Positions 62,181-64,000 of a stretch of DNA of 64,000 nt are shown here, in pieces; within the stretch, counting starts at the first letter, position 1; the number at the start of each line of letters is the position of its first letter. The notes below the pieces were generated by a model. The model worked only from the letters and a program-made list of their open reading frames with translations. It was not told the origin of the DNA and did not search any database. Source of the DNA: Botryllus schlosseri (Eukaryota). The position numbers were made by a program, and so were the translations under genes. The stretch spans positions 5,208,001 through 5,272,000 of the forward strand of contig CM119371.1 of NCBI GenBank assembly GCA_051294905.1, given 5' to 3'.

Positions 62181-62191
62181 CGGGAGTAATG

Positions 62192-63280
62192 TAGGGTTGC
62201 CATACGTCCGGAATTCCCCGGACATGTCCGGAATTTCACTTAAAAATCGGCGTCCGGGAGGAATTTCTAAAATATGCCTAGATGTCCGGAATTTTGAAGG
62301 CTTGAAGCAGGACCAAAAGTTTTTCGTAAATCAACATAAACGATATTATTTTCAAGCAGATTTATGCTATATTCAAAATTGTTCTTCGCACGCGCTCGAG
62401 TTAATGCAACGTATAATGATTTTAGTATGGGCACCAGGCACCACCCTTGCCCAAAAAAATGCAATCAAAATAAATATAAATAACCATCATTTACTGAATA
62501 AGAAAGATTGCAATCACAATTATAAGCTAACGGTATATTCCTTGAGTTGGTTAAGGCCGATTGGATGCTTCAGTCACATACAGTGGTTTCAAATCTTGGC
62601 GTCGTCCGCCTTTATCTGGGGATCGCGATGATGTTGGACGTAATCAGTTTCCTATGCCGTGAGTAAAAGTTTGGGCAAGCTGAATTTTTTTAGTAATCAG
62701 CTTATGAAGTTTTGAGATTTGCCACGGAACATTTTTAAGTGAGAAATGAGGTCGCGACCATGAAAGGTTGGAAATCACCGGATGTGAAACCTGCTGGTGC
62801 GTTTTATAGTAGCCTAATCTATAGAAAATTCGATATTATTGACATAATTCATACATAAAATTTAACAGCCAAATGCATCTTAGTAAGTACCCCACAAGTC
62901 ACATCGACGGTAGGCCAAAGATCAGTGCTTTTTTAGGCGGAAGGGGACAGAAAAAATGCTGTTTCGGACCTGATTAAAACACATAAACAGATAGCCGCAC
63001 CGACCTAAGAGTATAGCAGGGCTGTCAAACACAATCCTGACAGGCCAGACACGGCCCGCCAGATGATTTCATCCGGCCCGTGGAGGAATCTATTGCAGGC
63101 CCTAGCAAGTAGCAATCACCAGTGCTCTATATCCCACTCCATTCCTGAATACAGTCGATGGGCAATGCTTTGCTAGTGTGACGTCAGATTGACAGACAAT
63201 ATGTTATACCTTATTTTAAAATCCACTAGTGGGCGCTATAGAGTGTCCGGAATTTGCTCCACAAAAATATGGTAACCCTA
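62192..63280. mobile_element. Non-autonomous hAT (TAGGGTTGCCA/TAGGGTTACCA TIR) with nested MITE fragments
   Basis: TAGGGTTGCCATACGTCCGGAA ... TATGGTAACCCTA with TCCGGA subterminal repeats; no matching TSD, so it may be two half elements. Confidence 0.55.
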
Positions 63281-64000
63281 TGATAGGCAAGCAGGTGGTC
63301 GGTAGTTGTCGAGGTGAGTAGCCTTGCCAAATGTGGGTTGACACAACTTGCTTGGTGGTAGGTCATTGAGATGGGTCGATAGCCAACATGCTGTGGACAA
63401 AATCATGTTGGGTCAGTGTTGGGAGCGTGTCACTACCAAAGAGTCACCAATCATTACAGATTTTGACTCGAGTCAAGTTCGAGTCACTCATTTTTTTATT
63501 GTGACTTGAGTCAAATCAAGTCACTAACATCGAGTCCCAAGTCATATCGAGTCTTACAGGTCTTCGAGTCAAGTCAATGTAGTCGAATTTGGGAAGTGAC
63601 TAAATTCAATTCGGGCCATTAAATTTTTCCAACTAGAATATACCCCATGATCCGTAATATATTGTATTATACTATTTTACATAAAGGAGTGATAATAAAG
63701 TATCCGAATGAGAAACAAGGTCACGGATTTGGAGGTACAATTTTGAAATCATTTGACTGGTGCGGCCCACGAGCGATGAGAAGGTTCGAATCCGGCCCGC
63801 GACGCAAATTGAGTTTGACACCTTTGATATAAACCATATGCCGCCCGTACTCTAATAACCACTGCTATACTGTCGAGATTCAACGGATGCAACGGCATAT
63901 GGCGTTAGTTCGTACCCTGCCAGCATCAACGAATATATAGAACGATTGTTGGCTCATTCACATGTATTGATCGAATAAGTAACTTCAATATGTTGCATGT

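Noticed and set aside
18996-62213. Identical 22-bp TIR at 18996-19017 and 62192-62213 as ends of a 43-kb macro-transposon
   Set aside because: The orientations point away from the intervening DNA and there is no shared TSD; these are independent copies.
4201-63832. The many remaining 60-130 aa ORFs in the track
   Set aside because: They overlap MITEs, satellites or the non-coding strand of identified remnants and show no recognisable domains.

Overview
AT-rich animal genomic DNA with spliceosomal introns. I found no complete intact protein-coding gene and no rRNA, true tRNA or CRISPR array. The dominant structure, which the ORF track shows only as scattered short fragments, is a decayed and shuffled amplicon of a Polo-like kinase (PLK1-like) gene. 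At least 26 exon copies are recognisable by translation and splice sites. All + strand copies lie in 831-34573 and all - strand copies in 48515-58833, so two arms converge across a ~14 kb PLK-free spacer. Exon numbering is my own. Exons are reiterated out of order (4->3 and 6->2 junctions occur in both arms), the junctions fall in intronic MITEs, and most copies carry kinase-dead or phosphopeptide-binding-dead substitutions. Between two PLK copies sits a 20-finger C2H2 zinc-finger array: 10 intact fingers, then a homogenised 84-bp minisatellite tail in which 6 of 10 fingers have TGA exactly at the second Zn-ligand Cys codon. The rest is a dense transposon graveyard. It includes a near-intact Buster-type hAT, many hAT MITEs with verifiable 8-bp TSDs (including a three-level nest), and a PIF/Harbinger element. 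It also holds a 4-kb TIR element with gene-like cargo splitting an I-group LINE, Penelope fragments with hammerhead-like motifs, L1/Tx1 and Gypsy remnants, a tRNA-derived SINE and two satellites.
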